Positions 37,690 to 51,300 of a stretch of 64,000 bases of DNA are shown here, in pieces (within the stretch, counting starts at the first letter, position 1; every line of letters starts with the position of its first letter). Source of the stretch: the human T2T-CHM13v2.0 reference genome, Homo sapiens. The stretch lies in the NCBI RefSeq assembly GCF_009914755.1, contig NC_060934.1. The stretch is one strand, 5' to 3'. Position numbers and translations under genes: made by a program. The notes beneath the pieces were generated by a model. The model was given only the letters and a program-made list of their open reading frames with translations, had not been told where the DNA came from and ran no database searches.

Positions 37690-37880
37690 CTGTCTTTTTC
37701 TTGAACAGGTAAGATAGTCATATGGTAAAAACTCACATAAAAATAAAATATATACAATGAGAAGTACATCTTTTTTCATCTCTACCTCTTGCCTCCCATT
37801 TGGCTTCCCAGAGATAACCATGGTTCCATCTCTTAGATATCTTTCAGAGATATCCCATATGGTGAAATATATTTACTTAA
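37690..37880 (-). mobile_element. L1ME-type 3' end
   Basis: T-rich tail, then AGGTAAGATAGTCATATGG...CCCAGAGATAACCA...TTTCAGAGATAT, typical of antisense L1ME ends. Confidence 0.55.
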
Positions 37881-37979
37881 ATCCCCCACTTACAATTTTG
37901 AATTATCTTTTGAATACAAATAGAAGATAATTTTCCTTAAGGAAAAATTTTGTCTCATTAGTATCATTACCAGTGAAAA

Positions 37980-38600
37980 TAATAGTAATCATAATGTGAA
38001 TAATGACAGCTGTCTTTGCTGTGTAGCAAGAACTCTGCTAAATTCCAAACTGACAGAACCTTACTCAGTGCCTACAACTGCCCTCTGAGATGAATATTAT
38101 TATCTCCCCCACTCGACGCATGAAGATACCGTGGTCAAGAGAGGCTAAGCCACTCTCTGAAGGTCACTCAGCTAACAGGTGGCTGTGCTGAATTTCGAAC
38201 CCTGTGCACTTGAGACTCAAGAAAGTTTTCAGTAGAAGAAAGACATCTCCCAATCTTGGGTTTCTCTTTTGGAAACGCTTCATGAATCCTCACTTTGATT
38301 TTTATTCCCCTTTAAATGCCTTGGCCTGGGAGAAAGCATTCACAATTTGGACTCTTCACATGTCCCCCACTTCAGTTCATCCTGCCTTTGTAAAATTCTG
38401 CCTGTACCACGCCTGTAGTAGTTGGCATTATTCCCATAACTGATCACATTTAGCCCTGTTCATCTTTGGGTTTTTGGGTATGAGAACAGTCTGAGTTCCT
38501 AGAAGGCAGGGGCTATGTCTCCATTTCCTTGTCGCTAGGGTGGAAGACATTTCCTGGCTCATACTTTGCGCTGAGGAAGCGTTGAATGAATGAACAAATG
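37980..38600. mobile_element. MIR (-, about 37980-38210) and L2 3' end (+, about 38420-38600)
   Basis: AGAGAGGCTAAGCCACTCTCTGAAGGTCACTCAGCTAA (MIR); GTTCCTAGAAGGCAGGGGCTATGTC...GTTGAATGAATGAA (L2). Confidence 0.7.
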
Positions 38601-39319
38601 GGTACAGGCAGTGTTTGACTATAAAGGGGACTTTGGAAATCAATTAGATTCATTGGATGTGGGCCCTGGAAGGCAACTTCAAATTCCCTGGTGGTAGAGA
38701 ATCTTAAAATGTAAAATGAACAATTCTGGCCTTCAGCAAATCTCAGAGACCTAATTGTCTAGATATAATTAATTCCAAGGCATCCTGGTGAGGTAATGGC
38801 ATGTGCATGCGAGGGCATCTTTTTTGAGCCAAAAATTTCTTCTAACGTGTCATGGGACAGTCCTCAGAAAGACTGAGGAGAAGGTGCTAAAAATTGTCAT
38901 GCTTACTTTGATTTGTAGTGTCCTTGGGTTGTTTTGTCTTTGACCACTTACAAACTGATCTCACTGGGCAAACTGAGTCAGAGCAGCTTTTTAGATGTGT
39001 TAATACAATTTGTTTGTTTTTGAGGAAGAGGCTTAAGTATTCAGAACTAGAGGAAAGATAGAGATGGTTAGAGTTGGAAGGAGTTTAAATGAGTCCAGAA
39101 ATAAATTAACAAAACAAGGCAAAACAATGGAACAGAAGAGAAGTTATGTTCAGCCACTGACCCCTATTTCCTCTCTAATTGCTTATCAGCTTTAGCGAAG
39201 CCCTTTTGTACTCAAGGAAGCCCCTTGGTACTCTCACAGTCCTTTCTTTTTCTCAGTGAGATCTCGCCCTCAGAAAACTGCTTGTAAATTTCTATAATGC
39301 TAAAGTGTAACTGACTATG

Positions 39320-40010
39320 TGTTGCAAGGGCAAATACAAATTATAAGTAAGAGTCTTAATTCTCCCTGTTGAAAATAAAGAGACTTCCCTCCCTTTTCCT
39401 AGACCGCTTACTTTAGAAAACTTATACTGTATGTATAAGTTCTTTCTCTTTTTGAAATGTATGTAAATCTTTTTAAAAGCAAAATAAGCCGCTTGGCAAA
39501 ATAGTCTTTCTCAAGGACCTAGGAACCGTGTCTTTCAAATGTAATCAATGAAGGTAGGTAGCACCATATCTCCCAGTTTCCGTGGGAGGGTAGGAACCCA
39601 ACTTTGGTGAGCACCTTAATTCAAGTTACAAAACTATCTTCTTCCATAAAGATATGAGAAGCTTATTTTTTCTTTTGTACAAATCAATTAATTAACACAG
39701 GTAGATACCACAATTACCAGGGGATTTTAAGATGAACTATGTGTGAAAAATGGTGCCGTCAAGTCCTCTTACTTGAGGACTAGTTATTTTTTACCTTGAG
39801 GGCACGTGTAGAATGGGTTTATCGGCTTGGCTATATCAAAGCGTAAGATTTCATTCTGTCTTTGCAAATTCTTAGCAGACTATTTGTGATACGCATCACA
39901 TTCTGGTTTAATGCTTATTCAATAACAAAATTGTTTTCTTCCTCTTCTAAGTTTGTGAAGAAGTTTTTTGGGTTGGGATGAGATTTTGTTTTTAATTATA
40001 TTTTCCAATA
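39320..40010 (+). mobile_element. ERV1 (MER4-group) solo LTR, subfamily uncertain
   Basis: TGTTG start; LTR-typical TTTGAAATGTATGTAAATC and CTCCCAGTTTCCGTGGGAGGG; poly(A)-region TATTCAATAACAAAATTG; ends TTTCCAATA. Confidence 0.75.
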
Positions 40011-40148
40011 TAATATACTTTAGGTTCAGAGACATTTGTATTTTAACTGGTGCCAAACCTTTAAGATTAAAACACTGAATTGCTATAAACTTCCAAGAAC
40101 CAGTGAACTAAAATGGGAGGTTTATCAGGAAGTCTGGGAAGAGACATG

Positions 40149-40542
40149 TGTTAAAGAAAAACTTAAAGCAAGTTAAATTTAACAGAGTTTATTTGAGCAA
40201 TGAAAAGGCTCTAAAACAGGCAGCACTTCAGATGGAAGATGGTTCAGAATGGTGAGCTGTATTTATAAAAAGAGACAGGAAATTACTTATTACAGAGATT
40301 ACCTGATTGTTGCAATTCTGCATTTGCCTTATTTGTGAGGAATTTGGCAACGTTCAACCTGGGATTGGCTACTATGGATTGAGACTCCATTGCTTGGTTA
40401 CAAAGGCATACTCTTAGGTTAGGTTAGAACTTGCTTTTACGCCAAGCTGTGTTGCAGTTCACTACATAGAGAGAAACTTTGGCCCAAATTTTATTAACCA
40501 AATATGGAAGGTGCTTTGAGCTAAACTTAAATAAGTTTAACA
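40149..40542 (-). mobile_element. MER57-like ERV1 solo LTR
   Basis: TGTTAAA at both termini in inverted orientation; AAGTTTCTCTCTATGTAGTGAACTGCAAC; TSD CATG/TATG. Confidence 0.78.
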
Positions 40543-40552
40543 TATGATTCAG

Positions 40553-40843
40553 GGCCAGGTGTGGTGGCTCACGCCTGTAATCCAAGCACTTTGGGAAGCC
40601 AAGAGTTCGAGACCAGCCTGGCCAACATGGCAAATCCCCATCTCTACTAAAAACACAAAAATTAGCTGGGCATTGTGAAGGGGGCCTGGCTAAGGCAGGA
40701 GAATCGCTTGAACCCAAGAGGCAGAGGTTGCAGTGAGCTGAGATAGTGCCACTGCACTCCAGCCTGGGCAACACAGTGAGACTCCATCTCAAAATATATG
40801 TAAATAAATATAAATATAAATATAAATATAAATATAAATATAT
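40553..40843 (+). mobile_element. AluS with two internal deletions and a (TAAATA)n tail
   Basis: GGGAAGCCAAGAGTTCGAGACC and GGGCCTGGCTAAGGCAGG junctions; TSD ATATGATTCAG (40542-40552, 40844-40854). Confidence 0.92.
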
Positions 40844-40929
40844 ATATGATTCAGGAATACCTGAAGTTCTACACATTAACCAGTCTCTTGGGAGTGAGGA
40901 GCACTTTTCTTGGAAGGAAATAGCTGCCC

Positions 40930-41115
40930 TCCAGTATTTGGTAACAGTCTGCACAGGTTTGTAGCCTAGGAGCAATAGGCGATACCATATAGCGTAGGTT
41001 ATGTAGTAGGGTCCTTCATCTTTGTTTGTGTAAGTACACTCTGTAATGTTTGCACAAGGATAAAATCGCCTACGGACGAATTCCTGGGGATGCGTCATCA
41101 AGCGAGGCATAGCTG
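40930..41115 (+). mobile_element. Tigger3 (Golem) terminal fragment
   Basis: ACAGGTTTGTAGCCTAGGAGCAATAGGCGATACCATATAGC...GTAAGTACACTCT...AAATCGCCTA...AAGCGAGGCATAGCTG. Confidence 0.85.
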
Positions 41116-41259
41116 TGGTTTCTTACCTGCTTTCTCTGTGGCTTCCACCTTCCATCCGTAAGGCTACTTTCCACAGAGTACACAGAGTCATCTTTTTAAT
41201 ATGCCGAATTACATAATTCTATGCTAAACCCTCCGAAGATTTCCCATTCCTCTTAGTAC

Positions 41260-42307
<1,048 letters not shown>

Positions 42308-43269
42308 TGAGGGTGGGGTGGCTGGTTCAGAGAACAGAACACACCGGAGCTGTTGATCATTTCCCAGGGAATGGGAATGGAAACAGAGTCACAGGAGCTC
42401 CTAGTTGCTGTCGTTTCTTTCAATCAGTGGTTTTTGTGGAGGCAAGAGGCTCCATTGAGCTTCCCGTGGGCATTAGGCTACATAATTTGCAGGTCCTAGA
42501 GAAAAATGAAAGTGCTAAGCAAAACAAAAACAAAAAACAAAAACAAAACAAAAAAAAACAACAAAAAAAAAGAATTTTAATACTGGGACTGCAGAGCATT
42601 AAACCAGATTGGTCCTCCCAAGGACAGGACCCTATGTGACCACCGCTCTGGTCACACCCATAAAGCCCGTAAAGCTCTGCCACCGGGCATCCACCTTTCC
42701 CCCATATTCAGTGCGATATGCTTGTATTTAGCCTTGTCTGTATCTCACTTTCTTAAGCTTTAGGGAGCATTGATTGTGGTATCTTGGACCTACAGGAGAG
42801 GTTTTCTCAACAACCTGTGAAAGGAGCTGCTCGCTTTGTAGAAACCATGCTCCTAACCCCTCTTTTTATTCATGTTAATTTAATGTCTGCCTTGATATTG
42901 TTCAAAGGAGCTTCCTCAAAATTGGGTGTTTCTGAAGCCTAGGAACAGACGCCTTCTGTTTTGTTCTGAAACAGGCTTCTAAGGAGGAGAATCCTCGATT
43001 TGGAAGGGCCCAGGTGAGGCCATGGTTGAACTCAGACCCAAGAAGAGAGAGGCTTTTTATCTGCCTAAAAGCAATCTTGTTTTGGTGACAATGTGTGGGT
43101 GGGTGTTTGGCTCTTTTTTAATGCAAGGAAAAGATGTTAAGTTTCAAAAGTAATTTTTGTTTTTCTTGGTCCAAAGTTTTCCTTCTTCCTTTTGGACAAC
43201 ATTCACTTAACTTTCTGCCATAAGTTAATTCAATTATTCTTTGACTACAAATGGATAAGCATGAATTTC

Positions 43270-44200
43270 ATTGATGTGATCAATTTTTAGTAATTACACC
43301 ACCTTCACATGTGAGATTTCACTAGTCCTTACAGCATCCATGTAAATAGACCTTCTCATTGCCATTTTCCAGAGGAAAAATGGCGGTTCAAAAGCATCAA
43401 GTGAATGACTCCAAGATCACACAGCTAGGATAAGGTGGGGGACTTACTCAGGTCCATGCAGACCCCCTTATTCCATATTCATGCCTGCTCCACCATACCA
43501 TGGTGCCATTTCCAGAAATAATTTCTTGGTATAGGGATATCAAAGTTCGACTGTTAATCCTTACAAATTAGAGTCTGTACTTTTGTAGCCAAAAAATGGT
43601 TTTATGGTATATTAAAATAAAATTTAGTCAGCATTGCTTTCCTCTTGAAAACAGACTGTGAATTCCCAAAAGATAGGAATAGTTTTGGCTTCATTTTTAG
43701 AACAGTTTCCTACACAGGAGCCCACCTTGAATAATCCAAAAACATGCTCACTGCACCTTCCTTCATCAGCCAAAATCCATTAAGTAATATACAGAAAGCT
43801 TAAGTCCAGCATCATTTATTTGTATTTCAGAGATCTAGCTTCAATAAGTAAGATGATCTGTAAAATATCTAACATATAAGAGACCTTCGGTTCATCTGTC
43901 CCTTCGTCAATGTTTCACAATTGACAAATATTAACTCACCTCACATCATGTCTCCAAAGTGTTAGAGACGACAGTAAACAACACAGACGTCACTGGGCTC
44001 ATGCAGCTTACATTCTAGTGAGGAAGACAGAGGATAAACCATTGTTAAATGTATACATCAGAAAGTTATAATGAGGACAATGAAGAAAAAGAAGAGACAG
44101 TAAGAACACACAGGCAGATGAGAGTTGAGTGCCATTTCAGTGAGGGTGTTTCTACTGCGATAACATTTGGGTAAAGACTTCAATGAACTTGGAGAATAAT
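43270..44200 (-). mobile_element. MIR (about 43270-43490) and L2 3' end (about 43890-44200)
   Basis: CCATTTTCCAGAGGAAAAA...CCAAGATCACACAGCTAG (MIR); CATGCAGCTTACATTCTAGTGAGGAAGACAG (L2). Confidence 0.65.
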
Positions 44201-45562
44201 AAGTAAATATTAGTCATAATAACTTCTTTTCAAGAGCATAACACCTTATAACTTTTGATGGTGACCTTTCTTCCCACACGCTTATTAAGACCAATACCAA
44301 TGTTTGCTCTGTTACTAGTCTAGTATCATATAAAGTTGCTATAAAGCATCCAAAACCTCTCTTTGTTCAAATGCAGATTTTCCTGGCATATCAGCATCCC
44401 CCTTGTAGGCCCCTTGCCTCCTGCTGGCAAGCCAGCTGACAAACTCCAAATGCTGACTCTTGGCTTCCTTCAATTTGTCCTCCACACCTGTGGCCTGGGT
44501 CCTTCCTCGTGTGGTCATGTGGTTCCATGTTTTGTGTCTCAGACGCAGAAACTTTTTGGAGAGAAATAAGCACAGTGCATATGTAGACATTTTGATTCTC
44601 CCCAGCTAGAGAAAAATATACGCATCGGATAGTTAGAAATTTGGAAACTGATTCAGATTACAATGAAAACATTAAAAGTCTCTTTACAGAAGATAGATAT
44701 TTGCCAACTTTAAATCAAAAAATCATAGTATTATGAGAATTATAATTGCAGGGCAAGCATTTAATTTAATTCAGCCCTGAAGTTCTGCTTTCTAGGATGC
44801 ACTTAAAACTGTCAGGGGAAGTCTGTTTTAAGACAAATTAAAGGGAGGTGAATTTGCACCTGTGTTTTAAAAGAAAGAAATTAAACTCATGGATTTGGAA
44901 CCTAAAATGTTAAATAGAGAGAGCAAGGTGGGAGCAAGTAGACAGGAGGAGCTAAGTGACAATGCAGGGAGGGCTCTTGGAGTTTGAATAATGTGACCAG
45001 CTTTAGAGACCACCAAGTTCAACTACAAGTGGAGCCCTCAGTGAGCAGCCTCAACGGATTGTTTGTATTAACAGGTTAACTTCATTGTCTTTTTCCCACG
45101 TGATTGATTTTGATCTAGCTTTTTGTCTTCACACTATATTTGATCTTAAATCCCCCCAGTCTATTTCAGTTTATTGCTTCTCCGTTTCTCTGTGCTGCAC
45201 TGGAGGTAATTTTCTCATCTGTCTTTCAAATAACAGATTATCTCTTTTGAATTGTCTCACTTACTGTTTGACGATTTTATGAACAGTTTTTCATCTCTAG
45301 AAGTTCCCTTCGTTCTTTTCGAAGTTTACTTATCCTTTTTTCATAACATTCTGCCTATCTTTTGTCCCTTCCTCTCTCTTCAGACATGTTCGGCATGTTT
45401 AGTATTATTGATATTTCTTTGGGTGTGAAGTCTCTCCTAGGTTGCATTGCCCAGTCAGTTCTCACACTGGTAGGTTTCTTCCAGTGCTGTCTGTTTTATG
45501 CCCACCTTCAGTGGGAGTTGTCTTCTTTCACCACCCCCTTTGGACAGGATTTCAATACTGAC

Positions 45563-45858
45563 TTATTATTATTATTATTATTTTGAGACGGAGTCTCGCT
45601 GTGTCACCCAGGCAGTGGCGCGATCTCCGCTCATTGCAGGTTCCGCCTCCTGGGTTCACGCCGTTCTCCTGCCTCAGCCTCCGGAGTAGCTGGGACTACA
45701 GGCACCGCCACTACGCCCAGCTAACTTGTTCTGTATTTTTAGTAGAGACGGGGTTTCACCGTGTTAGCCAGGATGGTCTCGATCTCCTGACCTCGTGATC
45801 CGCTCGCCTCAGCCTCCCAAAGTGCTGGGAGTACAGGCTTGAGCCACTGCGCCCAGCC
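45563..45858 (-). mobile_element. AluY with a (TTA)n tail
   Basis: TGGGTTCACGCCGTTCTCC and GTTAGCCAGGATGGTCTCGATCTCC; TSD AATACTGAC (45554-45562, 45859-45867). Confidence 0.94.
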
Positions 45859-45993
45859 AATACTGACATTTTTTATACCAGCTTCTCCTCTTGGATTTTC
45901 ATACCACTTGAATACACAGAATGTGGGTCTCACACTTAAAAACAGGGCAGGCTTGGGGTTCTGCATGCATAATAATCACTGTTATTTACCTGA

Positions 45994-46197
<204 letters not shown>

Positions 46198-46637
46198 TAA
46201 GCCCTGGAGCAAGTGGGGAGAGGTTTCTGTTTGTTTGTTTGTTTGTTTGTTTGTTTGAAGTTTCTGATTTAGACAGGATCATCCCCTATTTTTGGCTTTT
46301 GGTTTTTTGCAGAAAGGGTAACTCCAGCTCTCCCCCAAGAATGGCCACAAAACTAGTTGAAGATTGAGTGCTAAAATCATACTCCCTCACATCTGTACTA
46401 GTTTCAGGTATCTCCAAGGACTTCTGCAACTTCACCTGATTCTCACTGTTGTGGTTCTCAGTTTTCTGCCACACAAAAAGTTCTCTTTCTTGCTTCTGAG
46501 CTTGACATGAATTTGAAAGGTTTATTTTTAAATTGCACATATAATTTATAAAATGTTTGGAACCAGGGAACTGGGGATCGAACCAACCTGTCTTCTTCAC
46601 TAGAAGCTTCTGAACTAATTCTTTATGTAATTATAAT

Positions 46638-47668
46638 TGGTGGCAGTGGCAGCCCATCGGCAGTGCTGCGGCAAAGATGCCAGCTGCAGCAGGGGAGCGT
46701 GGTCAGGGCTGCGACCTCCACAGTGCCCATGGGAGACGGGAACAGGTGGAAGCCCCGCCCTCTTCTAAGTTAGAGGGGAGGGAGCCCCGTCCTCCCTGGT
46801 GCTGCTGCAGCCACCCAGCCTCAGCTATGGACCCAAGTATCCCTGCACTCTCCGGGATTTCGGAAGCACCCCCAGGACCCTGCAGTCTCAGTAGTGCTGG
46901 GTTCCGACAGAGCCCGAGCTGGACACTGGTCCGGATGATCTGCCTGTGGAAAGGAGCCACCCACTTCAGGTCTCCTGAGAGCTGTTTTGTTGCTCAGGGA
47001 ACCTCCTTTCTACCTTGCTCACCCTCCAGTTGTCCACACACCTCATTCTCCCTGGACGCAGGACAAGAACTTGGGACCCGCTGAATGGCAGGACTGAAAG
47101 AGCTGTAACACAAACAGGGCTGAAACATGCCCCCACAGACTCACACACCCTCCAATTGCCACACTGCGTCCATGAGAAGGAGAGAACAGCTGTGGCCCTT
47201 TGGGAAGCCCAGACCTAGAGGCTCCCCAAGCCAGGGCTGTGACAGCCTCTTTGGGGCTCAGCAGTTCCTGGTGTCTCCAAGCTTCCAGGAGCCACCACAT
47301 TCTCCTCCTTCAGACATGGGTGCCCGCAGGGGAAGCCGTGTGTGGTACATCTGGTCCAGCCACAGCCTCGCATATAACCAGCATCTGTGCGGGCGTCTGG
47401 AGCTGCCCACCCCTCCGCAGCAGCCGGCATACCTGGCTGTGCGCGGTGGCTGGACCCCGCGCTTGCTTGCTCGCACATCCCTCACCACTCTGCGCCTGGC
47501 TCGTCCTTGGCAGGTGTGGGATCTGGGCTGGTATTGCAAGCCAAGCACAGTCTGCCAGGCCGAGTGCGTGGAATGAGCCCAGCGGGCGCAAGCAATACTC
47601 AGGAAGAAGGCACCACCAGCTACAGAGGTTTCTGGATGGCAAAGCAACACTCCAAAGATTCCATGACA
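46638..47668 (+). mobile_element. MER52A-like ERV1 solo LTR with an internal deletion
   Basis: TGGTGGCAGTGGCAGCCCATC...GCTGCAGCAGGGGAG start; AAGATTCCATGACA end; perfect TSD TAAT; GC-rich. Confidence 0.88.
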
Positions 47669-50564
47669 TAATGAAGAACCTGATACTAGGTAGCTTACCA
47701 GTCACAAAGCCTGAACCCAGAAAAGGGAATGGTAACTTATTGGTAATGAATTAATTAGCTATTAATGTCCTCTACATAAAGCAGATTTATAGTTTGAAAG
47801 AAGTAATCAAAACATCTGCTGAAAATGAAAGCAAAGTACTTATTGAATGGAATAGAGTATCATCATTGCACTTCCCAGAGACAAATTTCATGCCTGTATA
47901 TGCACCTGTTCTAACACAAATTCTTTTGTGCCTCTCTACAAGATGGGATTGAAGTCTTGGTATTCCTAATAGCCCACCATGTTTTACTTATGTGCTGGAC
48001 GCTCACTTTTTTTCATCATTGCTAAGTCTAAATTCTAGCAATCTCAAATTAAACAGTGATTCCTCTTTCTCATGACCTAAAAGATAGGGTATGAATTGGT
48101 TGCTTATCATACCTGTGGTACATCTGAAAGTATGAGAAAATCAATTAATGAAAACGTTGTGAACAAATGGTAGCAGTTTAACACACTGGTATGAGACGTA
48201 TTTTAATAAAACAAAGTTTAAGTATCTCTTTTTCTGTGCTTCCAGACAAAACAAATATGGTTTAAGACCTTCTGACATGTATTCTAGGGAGCACTCCAAA
48301 TTCTTGAGAGGACCTTGGACATATGTCAAGGAGTTAAACAGATATCCTCTGGAGTAGCTGAAACTGAGACAGCTAGAAGTCTGCAAGAGAAATGCATTCT
48401 GTCTATCCTAATAAGACACCCTGGGCAGTGAAAATGAACATGGGCTTTGTACGAAGCCCCAAATCAAGAGTCACAAGGGCATAAATTGCTAATTAAGTTA
48501 TGATTATGATTTGCAATTGAGATGCTTCTCACATGGGCAACTTTATGTGTTGTCCTTCAGGATAAATATCAAAGGAATACTTTATTTAATGTTGAAAATA
48601 AAAAAAGATACTATTGAAAGATAATGGGTAATTATTCTCTGAATATAGTTGGATATGCCACCTAGTTGAGAAAAAATATTTTTTTCTACCAATGTTCAAA
48701 AAGAAAACATCATTGAAGAGCATGTTTTGAATTCAAGTTAATTAAAATATTTTATTTTTAAAAGACCAACCTGGTATTGAAATAATATTTGATTTAATTT
48801 CCCCAAGCCAGCTTTGAAGGTTTCTGTCTATAGTTATTGTTAATTTCAAAGCTCAGTCTGTCAGTAGAAATACAAGTAGATATGAAAACAGTGAAGCATG
48901 ATGAAGAATTTCTGCCTTCTACTGTTAAAGGGATCTATTTTTTTAGCTTCTTGCTATTTCTTAGCTCAAAGGCAATGCTAGGAAAGCAAAGCATTTGGGG
49001 TCAAAAGCATTTTTTCAAGCTAAAAGGAATGATCTCCTCAAAAATTGTCCTAAGTATGCAAAGTAAGGTGAGAGAGGGAATGTTTTTAAAGTGAGAAAAA
49101 ATTCCTTACCTGGGGAAATTCCTCAGGGAAGTTGGTAGGTGGAGATGAAAAGGAATAAATAAATCACATTTCTCAGTGACTAGTACTGGGAAGTCAGAGG
49201 ATGGCTGAAATAATCTCTTGTTATCATCGCTTAAACTTCTATGATTTGATTAAGGAGAGCCCCAAGGAATTACTTTTTAAAGCATGATAACACAAATCAT
49301 CATATTTTCTAAGTAGTGTCAATGAAAGTTTCTTCCTTTTCTTTAACCCATTGCTTTATTCTTACACCTTTTCTTTCTGACAGAGTTACTCTCTGAGCTG
49401 CTTATTTGGTGTGAAGGCAGAAACTCCTTATCAAAAAATATTAAGTGAGTCTAAATATTAAAATTGTGAACAGATTAACTCAGGCATGAAGAAAATATAT
49501 TTTCCAAAAAATAAAGTGAGATGAACATGTGTTAAACGAACTTGAAAATAAAAACATTAAAATGTGTGTCAGCACACTTACATCAATTAATATTCGATTT
49601 TAAAGGCTATATATGGAGCAGTTGGTATTCAATTTAAGAAAACTTTCCTGAACTTTAGTATTTTATGGCAAGTACTTCATTTTCTCTTTGTAGACCTAAT
49701 GAAATAGTCATAAGAGACCTGAGAGATTTCAAAGGAAATGAATACAATAAAATATTCTTAATTTATATTAATTGATGGGAATTAATTAATAGGTATTTAT
49801 TAGATACCCACTAAGTCCTGTGCTTTGGGGCATATAATAGTCCTTGCTCAAAAATGCTTACAACCTAATTATGATTATAAAATTAAGTGTCAATGAATAT
49901 AGGGAATCATTGAAAACTAGTTGGCTGTCCCTGACTGCAAATCTATGTGGATATTAAAACAGAGAAAACATCTTTTGAATCAGAATCATCTTGAGTGGCT
50001 CAGTACATCAATGTGAGTGGTTTCTTTTACACTTCCAGAAGGAAAGGAAACCTTTCCCTTTCTAGAGCTAAGTCCTCTTTTTCTGTTGACTGGGGCAAGG
50101 GAGTAAATTATTCAGAATCATGGAAAGTTTGGGAAAAAGAAAGCAAAGGAGAAGATGGAGATGTTGTGGTAGGGAATTTCTGTGTACCTATTGGTGCTCT
50201 AAATTAATCAAGTCTGACTTATAGGAATAAGAAGAAAAAGAAAACACTGTTTCATTGCCTTAAACTCAATACAAAATTCTGTTTACTAAGCACTGGGACC
50301 AAGATGCGTCCTTATACATTTGCTTCAGTGTCAAGGCTTGGTTTTCCATAGATGGTTTATTTGAACTTGGATGGTGCTTTAATATCCAAAAAGAGTTTTT
50401 TTTTCCACAATGTCATCTTTTCCTTTTCAATTTGCTTGACAATAATACTTTTTTAAAGAATGAAAAAATAAGCATTGGCCACATTAAGGAAAACAGTCAC
50501 AAATTGGAGCTCTGAACTTATAATGATGCTATATTTTATTTATATGACTTTTTACAGGTGACTT

Positions 50565-51300
50565 ATTTATTTATCATTTAAAGAAGAGTTTTTGAGCTTC
50601 TACTATATGCCAGATACTGTTATTAGGTTTTAGGGACATATTGGGGAATAGAGATGGAGTAGTCAATAAGACAGCTACCATCTGCTTTCATGGAGCATGG
50701 TTAAGGAGTGAAGACTGAGCAGAGGAAAAATCAATGAAAAGCAAGAAAACAAACAGAATAATCTTGGGTGCAGATAAGTACTATGAAGATAAAGAAGCCA
50801 GGTGATGGGTCAATGTGGTGGTAAAGGGCGCAGGTAGAGCTCTTTTGGAAAAAGGGAAGAGGGAAGGCCTCTCTGTGGAAGTAACTTTCAAACTGAGACC
50901 TGGATAATGCCAAGGGCAAGCCAGGAACTGGGGAGAACATTCCAGGCAGAGGGAGCAGCAAGAGGAAATGCCATGAAGCAAAACTGAACTTGGTTTGTTT
51001 GAGGAAAGTGAAAAAGGCCAGTGTGGCTGTCATACAGGGACTGATAGGTAGTGGTTGGAGATAAAAATCAAAGAGGCAACATAGCCTAAATCATGTGGGG
51101 TCTTGCAAATTGTAATAAAAACCTTTTCATTGTTTAATTGGAGGTACAAAGTGAAAGTACTGGAAGGTGTGAGTAGGAGAGCAAAGGGTATTTATGTTTT
51201 AAAAATATTGTCCTGGCCACTCCTTGAAGAGTGAACTGCAGTGACAAGACAGGAAACAGGGAGGAAAGTTGAAGGACACTGACATGCTCCAGGGGAACAT
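50565..51300 (-). mobile_element. L2 3' part
   Basis: TTTTTGAGCTTCTACTATATGCCAGATACTGT tail; GAACATTCCAGGCAGAGGGAGCAGC. Confidence 0.8.

Noticed and set aside
40424-41110. 228-aa ORF
   Set aside because: A patchwork of Tigger3, a (TAAATA)n tail, antisense Alu and LTR sequence.
46677-47754. Cluster of overlapping 85-184-aa ORFs
   Set aside because: All lie in the GC-rich MER52 LTR, where stop codons are scarce.
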